The notes under the pieces are model-generated. The model did not search any database. It was not told the origin of the DNA and saw nothing but the letters and a program-made list of their open reading frames with translations. A program made the position numbers and the translations under genes. Positions 1 through 8,834 of a stretch of 64,000 nucleotides of DNA are shown here, piece after piece (positions within the stretch are counted from its first letter, which is position 1; the number at the start of each line of letters is the position of its first letter). Source of the DNA: an uncultured Planctomycetota bacterium (lineage in GTDB: Bacteria; Planctomycetota; Planctomycetia; Isosphaerales; Isosphaeraceae); assembly GCA_963737655.1 (NCBI GenBank), contig CAVTTN010000002.1:7040001-7104000 (forward strand), read 5' to 3'.

Positions 1-455
1 TGGCGGTTCCGGCCCTCCCTCAGGATCAGCCGAATCCAGGCCGTCGGCACGTTCTTGCGGAACCGGATCGGCACCGGCCTCTCGGGCAGGTCCGGCGGCG
101 AACCCAGACGCTCGGCCCCGGCCGGGAGGGTCGGCCCGTCGTTCAGGATGACCCCGAGGCGAAGCCTCCGCAACGCCTCCTCGTCCGGCTCGCGCTCGAC
201 CTGGACGAGGTACGTCTTGGGATGGTCGAACCTCGGGTCCGTCATCCGGTGGGCGACCCGGCCGTCGTCGGTCAGGAGCAGGAGCCCCTCGCTGTCGCGA
301 TCGAGTCGTCCGACCGGGTAGACGCCCGGGACCGGCACGAAGTCTTTCAGCGTGGAGCGTTCCGACCCCGAGGCGTCGGTGAACTGGGTGAGGACGTCAA
401 AAGGCTTGAACAGCTTGAAGTAACGGAACGGGGAGCGTCGAGGTTCGAGGGCCAT
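1..455 (-). CDS. rluE: 23S rRNA pseudouridine synthase E (RsuA family), runs off the left edge
   Basis: Manual translation from ATG at 455: MALEPRRSPFRYFKLFKPFDVLTQFTD...VYPVGRLDRDSEGLLLLTDDG...HPKTYLVQVE...PIRFRKNVPTAWIRLILREGRNR. Has the GRLD catalytic motif and the RluE-type FKPFDVL.QF and PIRFRK segments. Confidence 0.92.
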   Translation of the reverse strand, partial: MALEPRRSPFRYFKLFKPFDVLTQFTDASGSERSTLKDFVPVPGVYPVGRLDRDSEGLLLLTDDGRVAHRMTDPRFDHPKTYLVQVEREPDEEALRRLRLGVILNDGPTLPAGAERLGSPPDLPERPVPIRFRKNVPTAWIRLILREGRNR

Positions 456-595
456 GATGCGCGCATTCTATCCGGTCGGGCCGTCGGGATCGAAGATTCG
501 GGACGCACCGAACGTCCCTGAAGGTGGGGCGTGGCGGCTTGCGAGGCCCCGCCCGGACCCGTTTCCTCCGATCTCGAACATCCCGAGGCCGCCTG

Positions 596-2542
596 ATGAC
601 CGCCCGAAAATGGCTGGTAGTGGGACTTTTGTTCGCATCGACCGCCTCGAGCCGGGCCCAGTTCGGCGGAGGCGGCGGGACACCCGCGAACCCGGCGAAT
701 CCGGCCGACGTCCCGGCGCCGAAGCCCCCGGCCGAGGACGTCCCCGCCCCGAAGCCCGCCACGAGCCGGGTCGTCGCCGTGACCCTCTATCAGACCAATG
801 CCCTGGTCACGCGAGAGGTGGCCGTCCCCGAGGGCAAGGGGGCCGTCGAGGTCGTCGTCACGCCGTTGCCCCCTCAGACGATCGAGGGATCGCTCTCGAC
901 CGAGGGCCCCGAAGGGTTCCGCGTCCTGAGCACCCGGTATCGCACCCGCGCCGTGAAGGAGGACACCCGAGAGGAGGTCCGCTCCAAGCAGAACGAACTG
1001 AAGACCCTGGAGGCCGAGGCCGCCTCGATCCGCAGCGCCCTGGGCGTCCGAGAGGAGGACCTCAAGTTCCTGGCGAAGCTGGAAGCCTTCACCGGCTCCA
1101 CGATGACCACGCTGACCGACAAGGGCAAGCTCGACGGCGAGGCAACCATCGAGGTCGCCAAATATGTCATGGAAACCCGCGCCTCGACCTCCGAGGGCCG
1201 AGTGAAGCTGGAAGACCAGGCCAGGACCAACGCCGAATCGATCGCCTTCGTCCAGAGGCAGCTCGCCGAGCTCTCGGCCGGATCGGGCCGGACCGAGATC
1301 GACGCGGTGATCGTCGTGGACAAGGCCAACGCCCCGGCCGGATCGGTCCGGCTCAGCTATCTCGTCTCGGGGGCAAGCTGGTCGCCTCGCTACCGGGTCC
1401 GAGCCGGAGGACCGAAGGACCCGGTGAGGATGGAGACGCTCGGAGCGGTCGAGCAGCACTCGGGGGAGGACTGGAACGACGTCGATCTGACGCTCTCGAC
1501 CGCCCAACCTTCGTACAGCGCGACGGTGCCGGACCTGCTGCCCCTGGACGTCTCGGCCTCCGAATCGGGGCAGGCAAACAAGGGCGGCTTCCAGGCGATG
1601 CCTCCGGCGCAGGTCGCCCCGACCCCGGCGCCTCCGCCGATGGCCCCGCAGCAAGCCCAGCAGATGAGGAGCCAGGCGGGCCGCGAGCTCCTGGGCAACA
1701 ACGCCAAGGCCGGGGGCGCCCTGCTGAACCAGGCCGCCGCGCTCGACCAGTCGCGCGAACTCCTCGCCGACGACTCGGGCAAGGACGCGGGCGCCCCGCC
1801 CGAGGACCTGCCCGCCGTCACCTTCCGGGTGAAGGGCAGGCTCAGCCTGCCGTCGAGAAAAGACCCGATGTTCGTCGAGATCGGCCGCGCCGAGATGGCC
1901 CCCGAGTATTTCGCCAAGGCGGTCCCCGTGCTCTCGCCAAGGGTCTACCGGCTGGCGAAGCTCACGAACACCGGCGACTCGCCGATCCTCCCGGGAGAGG
2001 CCACGATGTACGTCGGCCAGGACTTCGTCGGCCGGATGACCCTGCCCTTCGTGGCCGTGGGCGAGCCGTTCACCGTCGGCTTCGGCGTCGATTCGAGGCT
2101 CCAGATCGGCCGAAGGCTCGTAAACAAGACCAGGACCGTGCAGGGAGGCAACCAGGTGATGACCTACGAGTTCCGCATCGTGGCGAGGAATTTTTCCGAC
2201 GCCCCGGCGAAGCTCCACGTCTGGGACCGCCTCCCCAAGCCCGAAGGCGACTCCGTGGCGGTCTCCCTGAGCCAGACCCAGCCCGAGCTCAGCACCGACA
2301 CGATCTACCAGAAGACCGGCCGGACCGACAACCTCCTGAGATGGGACCTGGACGTCCCCGCCAACACCATCGGAGACAAGCCGATGACGATCACCTACAG
2401 CTTCAAGATCGAATACGCCAAGGAGTTCGAGATCGACTACTTCCGCTCCGGAGGGCTCAGCGAAGCCCCGATCGGAGGCATGGGCGGACTCATGGGAGGC
2501 ATGGGAGGAGGCTTCCGATCGCTCGGGAACGACCGGCCCTGA
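596..2542 (+). CDS. DUF4140/DUF4139 (mucoidy-inhibitor MuiA / TIGR02231-like) exported protein
   Basis: Signal-peptide-like N-terminus, VVAVTLYQTNALVTR (DUF4140), coiled coil, LSYLVSGASWSPRY and QHSGEDWNDVDLTLSTAQP (DUF4139), C-terminal GGMGGLMGGMGGGF tail. Confidence 0.85.
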   Translation: MTARKWLVVGLLFASTASSRAQFGGGGGTPANPANPADVPAPKPPAEDVPAPKPATSRVVAVTLYQTNALVTREVAVPEGKGAVEVVVTPLPPQTIEGSLSTEGPEGFRVLSTRYRTRAVKEDTREEVRSKQNELKTLEAEAASIRSALGVREEDLKFLAKLEAFTGSTMTTLTDKGKLDGEATIEVAKYVMETRASTSEGRVKLEDQARTNAESIAFVQRQLAELSAGSGRTEIDAVIVVDKANAPAGSVRLSYLVSGASWSPRYRVRAGGPKDPVRMETLGAVEQHSGEDWNDVDLTLSTAQPSYSATVPDLLPLDVSASESGQANKGGFQAMPPAQVAPTPAPPPMAPQQAQQMRSQAGRELLGNNAKAGGALLNQAAALDQSRELLADDSGKDAGAPPEDLPAVTFRVKGRLSLPSRKDPMFVEIGRAEMAPEYFAKAVPVLSPRVYRLAKLTNTGDSPILPGEATMYVGQDFVGRMTLPFVAVGEPFTVGFGVDSRLQIGRRLVNKTRTVQGGNQVMTYEFRIVARNFSDAPAKLHVWDRLPKPEGDSVAVSLSQTQPELSTDTIYQKTGRTDNLLRWDLDVPANTIGDKPMTITYSFKIEYAKEFEIDYFRSGGLSEAPIGGMGGLMGGMGGGFRSLGNDRP

Positions 2543-2561
2543 ACCATGAGCAAGGCAAGCC

Positions 2562-2584
2562 GCCCCGGGGAGCGACTCCGGGGC
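2562..2584. terminator. GC hairpin between convergent genes
   Basis: GCCCCGGGG-AGCGA-CTCCGGGGC between the stops at 2542 and 2588. Confidence 0.5.
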
Positions 2585-2587
2585 CAC

Positions 2588-3253
2588 TCAACCGAAGAGG
2601 CGGATCATCCAGGCGACGTATCGTGAGGCCAGTTCGCCCGTGGAATCGAAATACGCTTCCTCGATGGCGACGCCCAGGGGCCGACCGGCCTTCTTCTGCC
2701 AGGCGAGCCAGGTATGAATCACGGCCTTCTGGCGGTGACGATCCACAAACCGCTGATCGATGGCCCGAACTTCATCGACGCACCGATTCGCCACCGGGAG
2801 TAACGAGTCGCCGTCTCGGATCATGGACTCAACAAAGTCCTCGATCATCCCGATCCGCATATTATCGGGCCAGATCCAGACGCCAACCCTAGCTCGATAA
2901 GCCCGTTCGACGATCGTGTCGGCCAGGTCGGCGACGGGAGGGGCGGGATATCCCGCGGCCATCAGGGCATGACGGATTTGGAGCCATCGGGCGACCGGAT
3001 CAGCGTCGGCATCGACGACGATCCCGAGACGATCGATGGACGGGGCCGCGAGCAGGGTCGGCACCCTTTTCAACAGGGCATCGACGCCCCGAATCTCCTC
3101 CCCGTTCGGGTCGTACTCCTCGACCCTGAACTTCGGCGCCTTCTTGGCGTCCTTGCCGTGCGGCTCGCACAGTTCGTCGCACCTCAAGGCAAGATGGCAA
3201 CTGACGGCCAGATCATCCCGCCCCTCGACGTAGAGCTTGAACCGATCGTTCAT
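2588..3253 (-). CDS. DUF3226-like TOPRIM (OLD-type) nuclease domain protein
   Basis: LYVEGRDD, LGIVVDAD and GMIEDF acidic motifs; KAVIHTWLAWQ..PG.PLG-type C-terminus; ATGA overlap with the upstream ATPase. Confidence 0.8.
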   Translation of the reverse strand: MNDRFKLYVEGRDDLAVSCHLALRCDELCEPHGKDAKKAPKFRVEEYDPNGEEIRGVDALLKRVPTLLAAPSIDRLGIVVDADADPVARWLQIRHALMAAGYPAPPVADLADTIVERAYRARVGVWIWPDNMRIGMIEDFVESMIRDGDSLLPVANRCVDEVRAIDQRFVDRHRQKAVIHTWLAWQKKAGRPLGVAIEEAYFDSTGELASRYVAWMIRLFG

Positions 3254-4350
3254 CCCCGGAGCTCCAGCCCCATCTCCACGGCGGTCTCCAGGCGGTCCTC
3301 ATCGAACTCCCGGGCGACGATCGAATTTCCCTCGCGGCCGAGGTAGACCAGGACGCCTTCTTCCTCGGTCTCGATCGCGGCGGCCTCGAATGCCTTGACG
3401 CAGTCCGAGCTGTGGGTTGTCGCGAAAACCTGGACGTTGTATTTCTCAGCGATTCGGAAGATGAACCGCCAGATCTCAGTCTGAACGGAATAATGCAATC
3501 CGTTCTCGAATTCATCGATCAGAAGCAAACCGTCCGAGGCGTTCAGCAATCCAAGGGCCAGGTGAAAGACGCGATGCATCCCGTCGCCAAGACTGCCCAG
3601 GAAGACGGGTTGTTCCTCGCCCTTCAGCCTGAGGAACGGGGCCCAGTCGCGGCCATCCTCGACGGTCGGGACAAGAGTCACCCGCTCCACACCAGGTTCG
3701 ATCAGCCGCAGGCACTCGACAAGCCGATCTTCGCTCACGGACAGCGCGATCCGACTCCAATACTCCTGGATGAGCGAATCCTCCAGCCCTTTCGAGCCGA
3801 CGAAGACATGGCTCAGAGAGAGTCCCAAGAAGTCCTTCTCGGAACTGGCCCAGACGGAGCCAAGGCGGACGAAGTCGCCCGCGTCATAGGTCGGTAGGGC
3901 TCGCGACCTCCCGCCCACCTGAAAACGGAGACCAATCCCCGAAGTCGTCTCGTTGCGGGCGGAATTCGTCGGAGAGTCGAAATGGAGGGTGGGTGAAATC
4001 CTGAGAATATCGTTCGACGGCGCGACCGGCCCGATAAGAATCGGTTCCTGAGATTCATCGAATCCGATCCTTCGACCGTGAAAGAGCGAATCGACGCGAA
4101 GCGGTCGGTCGAGGAGCTTTCCGTAGCGATTCGTCGTGCCGAAAAGTTCGCCCCTCGCCCTCAAGACCTCCAGGAGGCCCGTGGTGGGAACCGGGGCGGC
4201 ATAGATCCGAAGTGCTTCCAGAACGCTCGTCTTCCCGACGTTGTTCTTCCCCACAAGCAGGTTCGCCCTCCCCAATTTCTCGATCTTCAACTCCCGCAGG
4301 CCGCGGAAGTTGTGGATTTCGAGCGAGGGGAGGGCGAGTTCGCCGGGCAT
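3250..4350 (-). CDS. Soluble ABC-type ATPase (AAA_15/AAA_21-like)
   Basis: LEIHNFRG, Walker A GKNNVGKT, signature LGDG, Walker B LLLIDEFENGLH, H-loop ATTHS; no TM segments. Confidence 0.9.
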   Translation of the reverse strand: MPGELALPSLEIHNFRGLRELKIEKLGRANLLVGKNNVGKTSVLEALRIYAAPVPTTGLLEVLRARGELFGTTNRYGKLLDRPLRVDSLFHGRRIGFDESQEPILIGPVAPSNDILRISPTLHFDSPTNSARNETTSGIGLRFQVGGRSRALPTYDAGDFVRLGSVWASSEKDFLGLSLSHVFVGSKGLEDSLIQEYWSRIALSVSEDRLVECLRLIEPGVERVTLVPTVEDGRDWAPFLRLKGEEQPVFLGSLGDGMHRVFHLALGLLNASDGLLLIDEFENGLHYSVQTEIWRFIFRIAEKYNVQVFATTHSSDCVKAFEAAAIETEEEGVLVYLGREGNSIVAREFDEDRLETAVEMGLELRG

Positions 4351-4460
4351 GGTCGGGGCCTCGGGGGAGACTTTGGGGTCCGTCCCTTCAGGATAGCCGA
4401 CGCGCCCGGGTTTGGGGAAGTTCGCGGGTCCAAGTATGTGGGCTTGGTTGTTTCGAACTC

Positions 4461-4523
4461 CGTAGGGCAGGCCTTGGCCTGCCGAGGCGGGCCTTGGAGC
4501 GGCAGGCCCAGGCCTGCCCTACG
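4461..4523. repeat. GTAG-type REP doublet
   Basis: CGTAGGGCAGGCCTTGGCCTGCC ... GGCAGGCCCAGGCCTGCCCTACG: inverted arms, each with an internal palindrome. Confidence 0.75.
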
Positions 4524-4554
4524 ACAAATGTTCGAATCGACCAAGCCTTGGTGC

Positions 4555-6024
4555 TCAGCCGTGGCCGTAGCCTCGGTCGAACGCTTCGATGTCCCTCAGG
4601 TGCGCGGAGTAGACCGTCCGGAAGGTGTCGGGATCGACCGACCACCTGGGTTGGTCTTCGGTGTGGCGGTGGCAGTGCTCTTCCAGGAGGCGGTGGAGGA
4701 ACTTGAAGAGCTGGCGGGGGGTCCGGAGGTTGCCCAGGGCGTCCTTCAGCGAGTCGTCGGAGACCCCTTCGTCGACGAACTGGCGGAGCCTTGGCCCCTG
4801 GCCGTTCTCGAGGTGAGGGGCGCAGGCCTTGAGGCGGTCGGTGGCGAGGTCGTAGAGGCTGGGGCCGGTCCACCTCAGCGGCTTGATCATGTTGAGCTTG
4901 TCGGGCCGGGCCTTGTCGTAGAAGTCCTTGTCTTCCTTCTCGAGGTAGTAGGCCAGCTCGATCGGGAGGAGCAGCTTGACGCCGAGCCCGGGGTGGCGGA
5001 GGAACTTGTGGTCGAGCAGGGGCCAGACCAGGGCCCTCATCTTCCTCGGGTCGCCCTCGATCATCTGCGGCTCGTCCACCCGGTCGATCAGGACGACGAC
5101 GCCGGCATATCCGAGGGTCTTGAGGACGCCTCGGAACTTGTCCAGGAGCTGATACCGCTCCTCGCCGCCGGATTTGCCCGAGGTCGGCAGGGGCTGGCCG
5201 GAGAGCTCGGTGGGCCGGAACCAGAGGAGTTCCCAGCGGAGGGCGCCGGGGTCTCGGGAGAGGACCTTCACGGCCTTGCGGATCTCGCTGGCGTACCATT
5301 CGGCGCGGATCAGCCGCCAGGCCCAGTAGAGCCAGCCCAGGACGACCGGCACGAGCAGCCAGGCGGCGACCTTCACGGCGCGGAGGGCCGGGAACGCCGC
5401 GAGCAGGCCGATCACGGCGAGGCTCACTCCGAAGCCGATTTGCAGGTCGCGGCGGCTCCACAACGGGCGGAACCCGGATCGGCGGCGGAGGCGGGTCCAG
5501 CGCTTCTCGATCGGCTCTCCCGTGGACTGGTCATAGATCGCCGCGAGCAGGAGGAGGTCGCGCCTCTGGTCCAGGCTCAGGGCGGAAAGGTCGATCTTTT
5601 CGGCCGTGAGGTGGTCGATGAGCTGGGTGACGCCGAGGGCCAGGATGGCGTCCATGTGGTCCTGGAGTCGCCATTTCTTCAGCGCCTCGATCGCGTCCTT
5701 CGCCTTCACGGCGGTGCGGAAGTGGTCGAGGTACGGGTTGAAGTCGTCGTAGGAGACGACGAACACGCGCTCGGTGGGGTGCTCCTCGTTATACGATTCG
5801 AGCTCGGCGGTGGCCTGGAGCCTCAGGGCCGTCTTGCCGCTGCCTTTCTCGCCGAAGACCAGGGCCGTGCTGGGGTTCTCGGGGCTGCCGAAGAACTTCG
5901 CCCAGGCCGGGTGGTGGATCTTCCAGAGGCACTCGCGCTTGAAGACGGTGTCGGTCTGCGCGTCCTCCTCGCTGAACGGGTTGCCCGCGATGCCGTAGTG
6001 CCCGAGGAACTGGTCGATCTTCAT
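4555..6024 (-). CDS. Membrane-anchored P-loop NTPase (KAP-like architecture), function unknown
   Basis: MKIDQFLGHYG start; Walker A GEKGSGKT; two hydrophobic helices; Walker-B-like VVVLIDRVDE. Confidence 0.75.
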   Translation of the reverse strand: MKIDQFLGHYGIAGNPFSEEDAQTDTVFKRECLWKIHHPAWAKFFGSPENPSTALVFGEKGSGKTALRLQATAELESYNEEHPTERVFVVSYDDFNPYLDHFRTAVKAKDAIEALKKWRLQDHMDAILALGVTQLIDHLTAEKIDLSALSLDQRRDLLLLAAIYDQSTGEPIEKRWTRLRRRSGFRPLWSRRDLQIGFGVSLAVIGLLAAFPALRAVKVAAWLLVPVVLGWLYWAWRLIRAEWYASEIRKAVKVLSRDPGALRWELLWFRPTELSGQPLPTSGKSGGEERYQLLDKFRGVLKTLGYAGVVVLIDRVDEPQMIEGDPRKMRALVWPLLDHKFLRHPGLGVKLLLPIELAYYLEKEDKDFYDKARPDKLNMIKPLRWTGPSLYDLATDRLKACAPHLENGQGPRLRQFVDEGVSDDSLKDALGNLRTPRQLFKFLHRLLEEHCHRHTEDQPRWSVDPDTFRTVYSAHLRDIEAFDRGYGHG

Positions 6025-6255
6025 CGAAGGCCCACCCGTGGACGCGGAATCCCCGCCGAGGCGGCTCGCCTCGCGGGGCGGACAGGATTCCGTCTTACCC
6101 GAGCTCGCCCCGTCGTGCAATCCGAACCGGCAACTCGATAGGGGGGCGAGGCGTCGAGCGAGCGGGGGCGATGGCTTGCCGATTCGCTGGGCTACGGCTG
6201 GCGACGGCCTCGCTCGTCCGTCTAGAATGCGGGACCGGGATCGAGGGGCGAGGAG

Positions 6256-7065
6256 ATGGAGACGCTTCTGATGGCTCGCCTGGCGAAGTGCGTGGTCGGG
6301 GTCGGGCTGCTCGTGGGGGGCCTGGCCGGTTGTGGCGGGGCAGGGGGGCCGTCGGCGACCGCCGAGATCCCGACCCTTCGAATCGCCGCCGCGAGCGACC
6401 TGCAAACGGTCATGCCGAAGCTGATCTCCGCGTTCGAGGCCACGAGGAAGGTCAAGGTCGAGGCCACGTTCGGCGCCTCGGGGCAATTCGCCCAGCAGAT
6501 CCGCCAGGGCGCCCCGTTCGACGTCTACCTCGCCGCGAATCGCAAGTTCGTCGTCGATCTGCTCGGCGACGGCTTCATCAAGCCCGACTCCCTGGCCGAT
6601 TATGCCGTCGGCTCGCTCGCCCTGGCCGTCCATCCCGACTCGGCCGACAAGATCAAGACGCTCGACGACCTGGCCGATCCGTCGATCAAGAAGATCGCCC
6701 TGGCCAACCCCGAGCTCGCCCCGTATGGGATGGCCGGCAAGCAGGTCCTGGAGAACGCGAAGCTCTGGGACAAGGTGAAGCCGAAGATCGTCCAGTCGGA
6801 GACGGTCCGCCAGGCCCTCCAGTTCGTCGAGACCGGCAATGCGGAGGCCGGCCTCGTGGGCAAGGCGATCGTCGATCCGAAGAAGGTCCGGGTCGTGAAC
6901 GTCGATCCGGCGCTCCACGACGCGATCCTCCAGGGGATGGGCGTCGTCTCGGCCTCGAAGCACCCCGAGGAGGCCGCCGCCTTCTCGAAATTCCTCCTCG
7001 GCCCCGACGGGCAGAAGATCCTGGAAGACGCCGGCTTCGCCCTCCCGCCGACGCCCTCGCCCTGA
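6256..7065 (+). CDS. modA: Molybdate ABC transporter substrate-binding lipoprotein
   Basis: Lipobox LAGC; AAASDL, FGASGQFAQQIRQGAPFDVY and ANPELAPYG motifs; start may be 6271. Confidence 0.93.
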   Translation: METLLMARLAKCVVGVGLLVGGLAGCGGAGGPSATAEIPTLRIAAASDLQTVMPKLISAFEATRKVKVEATFGASGQFAQQIRQGAPFDVYLAANRKFVVDLLGDGFIKPDSLADYAVGSLALAVHPDSADKIKTLDDLADPSIKKIALANPELAPYGMAGKQVLENAKLWDKVKPKIVQSETVRQALQFVETGNAEAGLVGKAIVDPKKVRVVNVDPALHDAILQGMGVVSASKHPEEAAAFSKFLLGPDGQKILEDAGFALPPTPSP

Positions 7066-7085
7066 ACCCGGAGAGGCCTCGCTTC

Positions 7086-8132
7086 ATGATCCGCCGTCGA
7101 GCCTTCACGCTGATCGAGCTCCTGGTCGTGATCGCGATCATCGGCGTCCTGATCGCCCTGCTCCTGCCGGCCGTCCAGGCCGCCCGGGAGGCCGCCAGGA
7201 GGTCGCAGTGCACCAACAACCTGAAGCAGGTCGGCCTGGCGATGCACAATTATCTGTCGGCCATCGGCGTCTTCCCGCCCGGCCGGATCAATTCCCACCT
7301 CGCCGGCAAGGGGAACTGCTGGGGCGCCTTCGCCCAGATGCTCCCCCAACTCGAACGCTCGGACGTCTTCAACGCCTTCAACTTCAGCCTCCCGCCCGAT
7401 ACCGACCCCACCACCACGCTCTCCGCCGCCAATATCACCGGGTTCGAGACCTTCATCGGCGCCTTGCTCTGCCCGTCCGATTCGAACCCGGTGCTGATCA
7501 CCGTGAGCAACGGCCAGTTTGCCACTCATAATTACAACATGAACACGGGCTCGGGCTACTCGGTCGTCCAGACGCCCGCCGCCCCGTTGGCCGACACGCC
7601 CAACGGCCCGTTCTACGAGAATTCGCGGACCACACCCGGCGACATCCTCGACGGCATGTCGTCCACCGTCGCCTTCAGCGAGACCGTCCGCTCCCTGCCG
7701 ACCTCGACGTTCGCCACCGATCCCCTGGGCGTCTTCGTGATCACCGGGAACAACAGCACCACGGGCCCGCCGATCACCTCCGACGCCGACTATCAATCGA
7801 TGTGCCTGACGAGCACCCCGCCCGGATTCCAGGCGACGAGGGGCGTTCGATGGCACTACGGCGCCCCCGGCCATACGATGTACAACCACCGGAGGCCGCC
7901 GAACGACCTCCGGTACGACTGCCGGGGCGGCCTGCCCCACAGCAACCGATCCGACCCCCTGTGGAACTGGTTGTCGCTGAACGTCGCGGCCCGGAGCAAG
8001 CATCCCGGAGGGGTGAACTCGCTGTTCTGTGACGGCCACGTCCAGTTCGTCAAGAACAGCGTGAACCCGACGGTCTGGCAGGGCATCGGCTCGGAGAACG
8101 GCGGCGAGGTCGTCTCGAACACCGATTTTTGA
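7086..8132 (+). CDS. DUF1559 prepilin-type N-methylation / H-X9-DG domain protein
   Basis: AFTLIELLVVIAIIGVLIALLLPAVQAAREAARRSQCTNNLKQ, CPSD, HPGGVNSLFCDGHV. Confidence 0.95.
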   Translation: MIRRRAFTLIELLVVIAIIGVLIALLLPAVQAAREAARRSQCTNNLKQVGLAMHNYLSAIGVFPPGRINSHLAGKGNCWGAFAQMLPQLERSDVFNAFNFSLPPDTDPTTTLSAANITGFETFIGALLCPSDSNPVLITVSNGQFATHNYNMNTGSGYSVVQTPAAPLADTPNGPFYENSRTTPGDILDGMSSTVAFSETVRSLPTSTFATDPLGVFVITGNNSTTGPPITSDADYQSMCLTSTPPGFQATRGVRWHYGAPGHTMYNHRRPPNDLRYDCRGGLPHSNRSDPLWNWLSLNVAARSKHPGGVNSLFCDGHVQFVKNSVNPTVWQGIGSENGGEVVSNTDF

Positions 8133-8162
8133 ACCTTCCTCACGGGCCGAACCGAGCCGCCC

Positions 8163-8834
8163 ATGCCCTCCGACCTCGGCCCGTTCTGGCTCTCGCTCCG
8201 GGTTGCCTCGGTCGCGACGCTCGGGATCGTCCTCGTGGGACTTCCCCTGGCGTATCTGCTGGCGAGGGCACGCTTTCCGGGCAAGGGGCTGATGTCGGGA
8301 TTCCTGGTCCTGCCCCTGGTCCTCCCGCCCACGGTCCTGGGCTTTCTGCTCTTGCAGGTTTTCGGGAGGAAGGCCGCGGTGGGGATGTGGCTGGAGTCTC
8401 GGCTGGGGATCATCCTCGTGTTCCACTGGTCGGGGGCGGTCCTGGCGACGGCCGTGGCGGCATTCCCGCTGTTCCTCCTGCCGGCGAGGGCCGCGTTCGA
8501 GGGGGTCGATCCGGCGCTGGAAGACGCCGCCAGGCTCCTCGGGCGGCGCGATTCCTCGGTTTTTCTCCATGTGACGCTCCCTCTGTCATGGCGAGGGCTG
8601 GCCTCCGGGGCGGTCCTGGCGTTCGCTCGGGCTTTGGGAGACTTCGGGGCCACGCTGATGGTCGCCGGGGACATCCCCGGCGCCACCCGGACCGCCTCGA
8701 TCGCCATCTTCAATGCCGTCCAGCTTGGCGACTCGGCCACCGCGATGACCTTCACCGCCCTGATCTCCGCCGTGTCGATCGCGGCGCTCGTCGCCACGCA
8801 GCGAGCCTCCCCGGCGAGGGGGGCCGGCCGGTGA
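8163..8834 (+). CDS. modB: Molybdate ABC transporter permease
   Basis: LPLVLPPTVLGFLLL, EDAARLLG (EAA loop), FARALGDFGATLMVAGDIPG. Confidence 0.95.
   Translation: MPSDLGPFWLSLRVASVATLGIVLVGLPLAYLLARARFPGKGLMSGFLVLPLVLPPTVLGFLLLQVFGRKAAVGMWLESRLGIILVFHWSGAVLATAVAAFPLFLLPARAAFEGVDPALEDAARLLGRRDSSVFLHVTLPLSWRGLASGAVLAFARALGDFGATLMVAGDIPGATRTASIAIFNAVQLGDSATAMTFTALISAVSIAALVATQRASPARGAGR

Noticed and set aside
6025..6255. Moco riboswitch or ModE box upstream of modA
   Set aside because: No recognisable consensus by eye; an Infernal search would be needed
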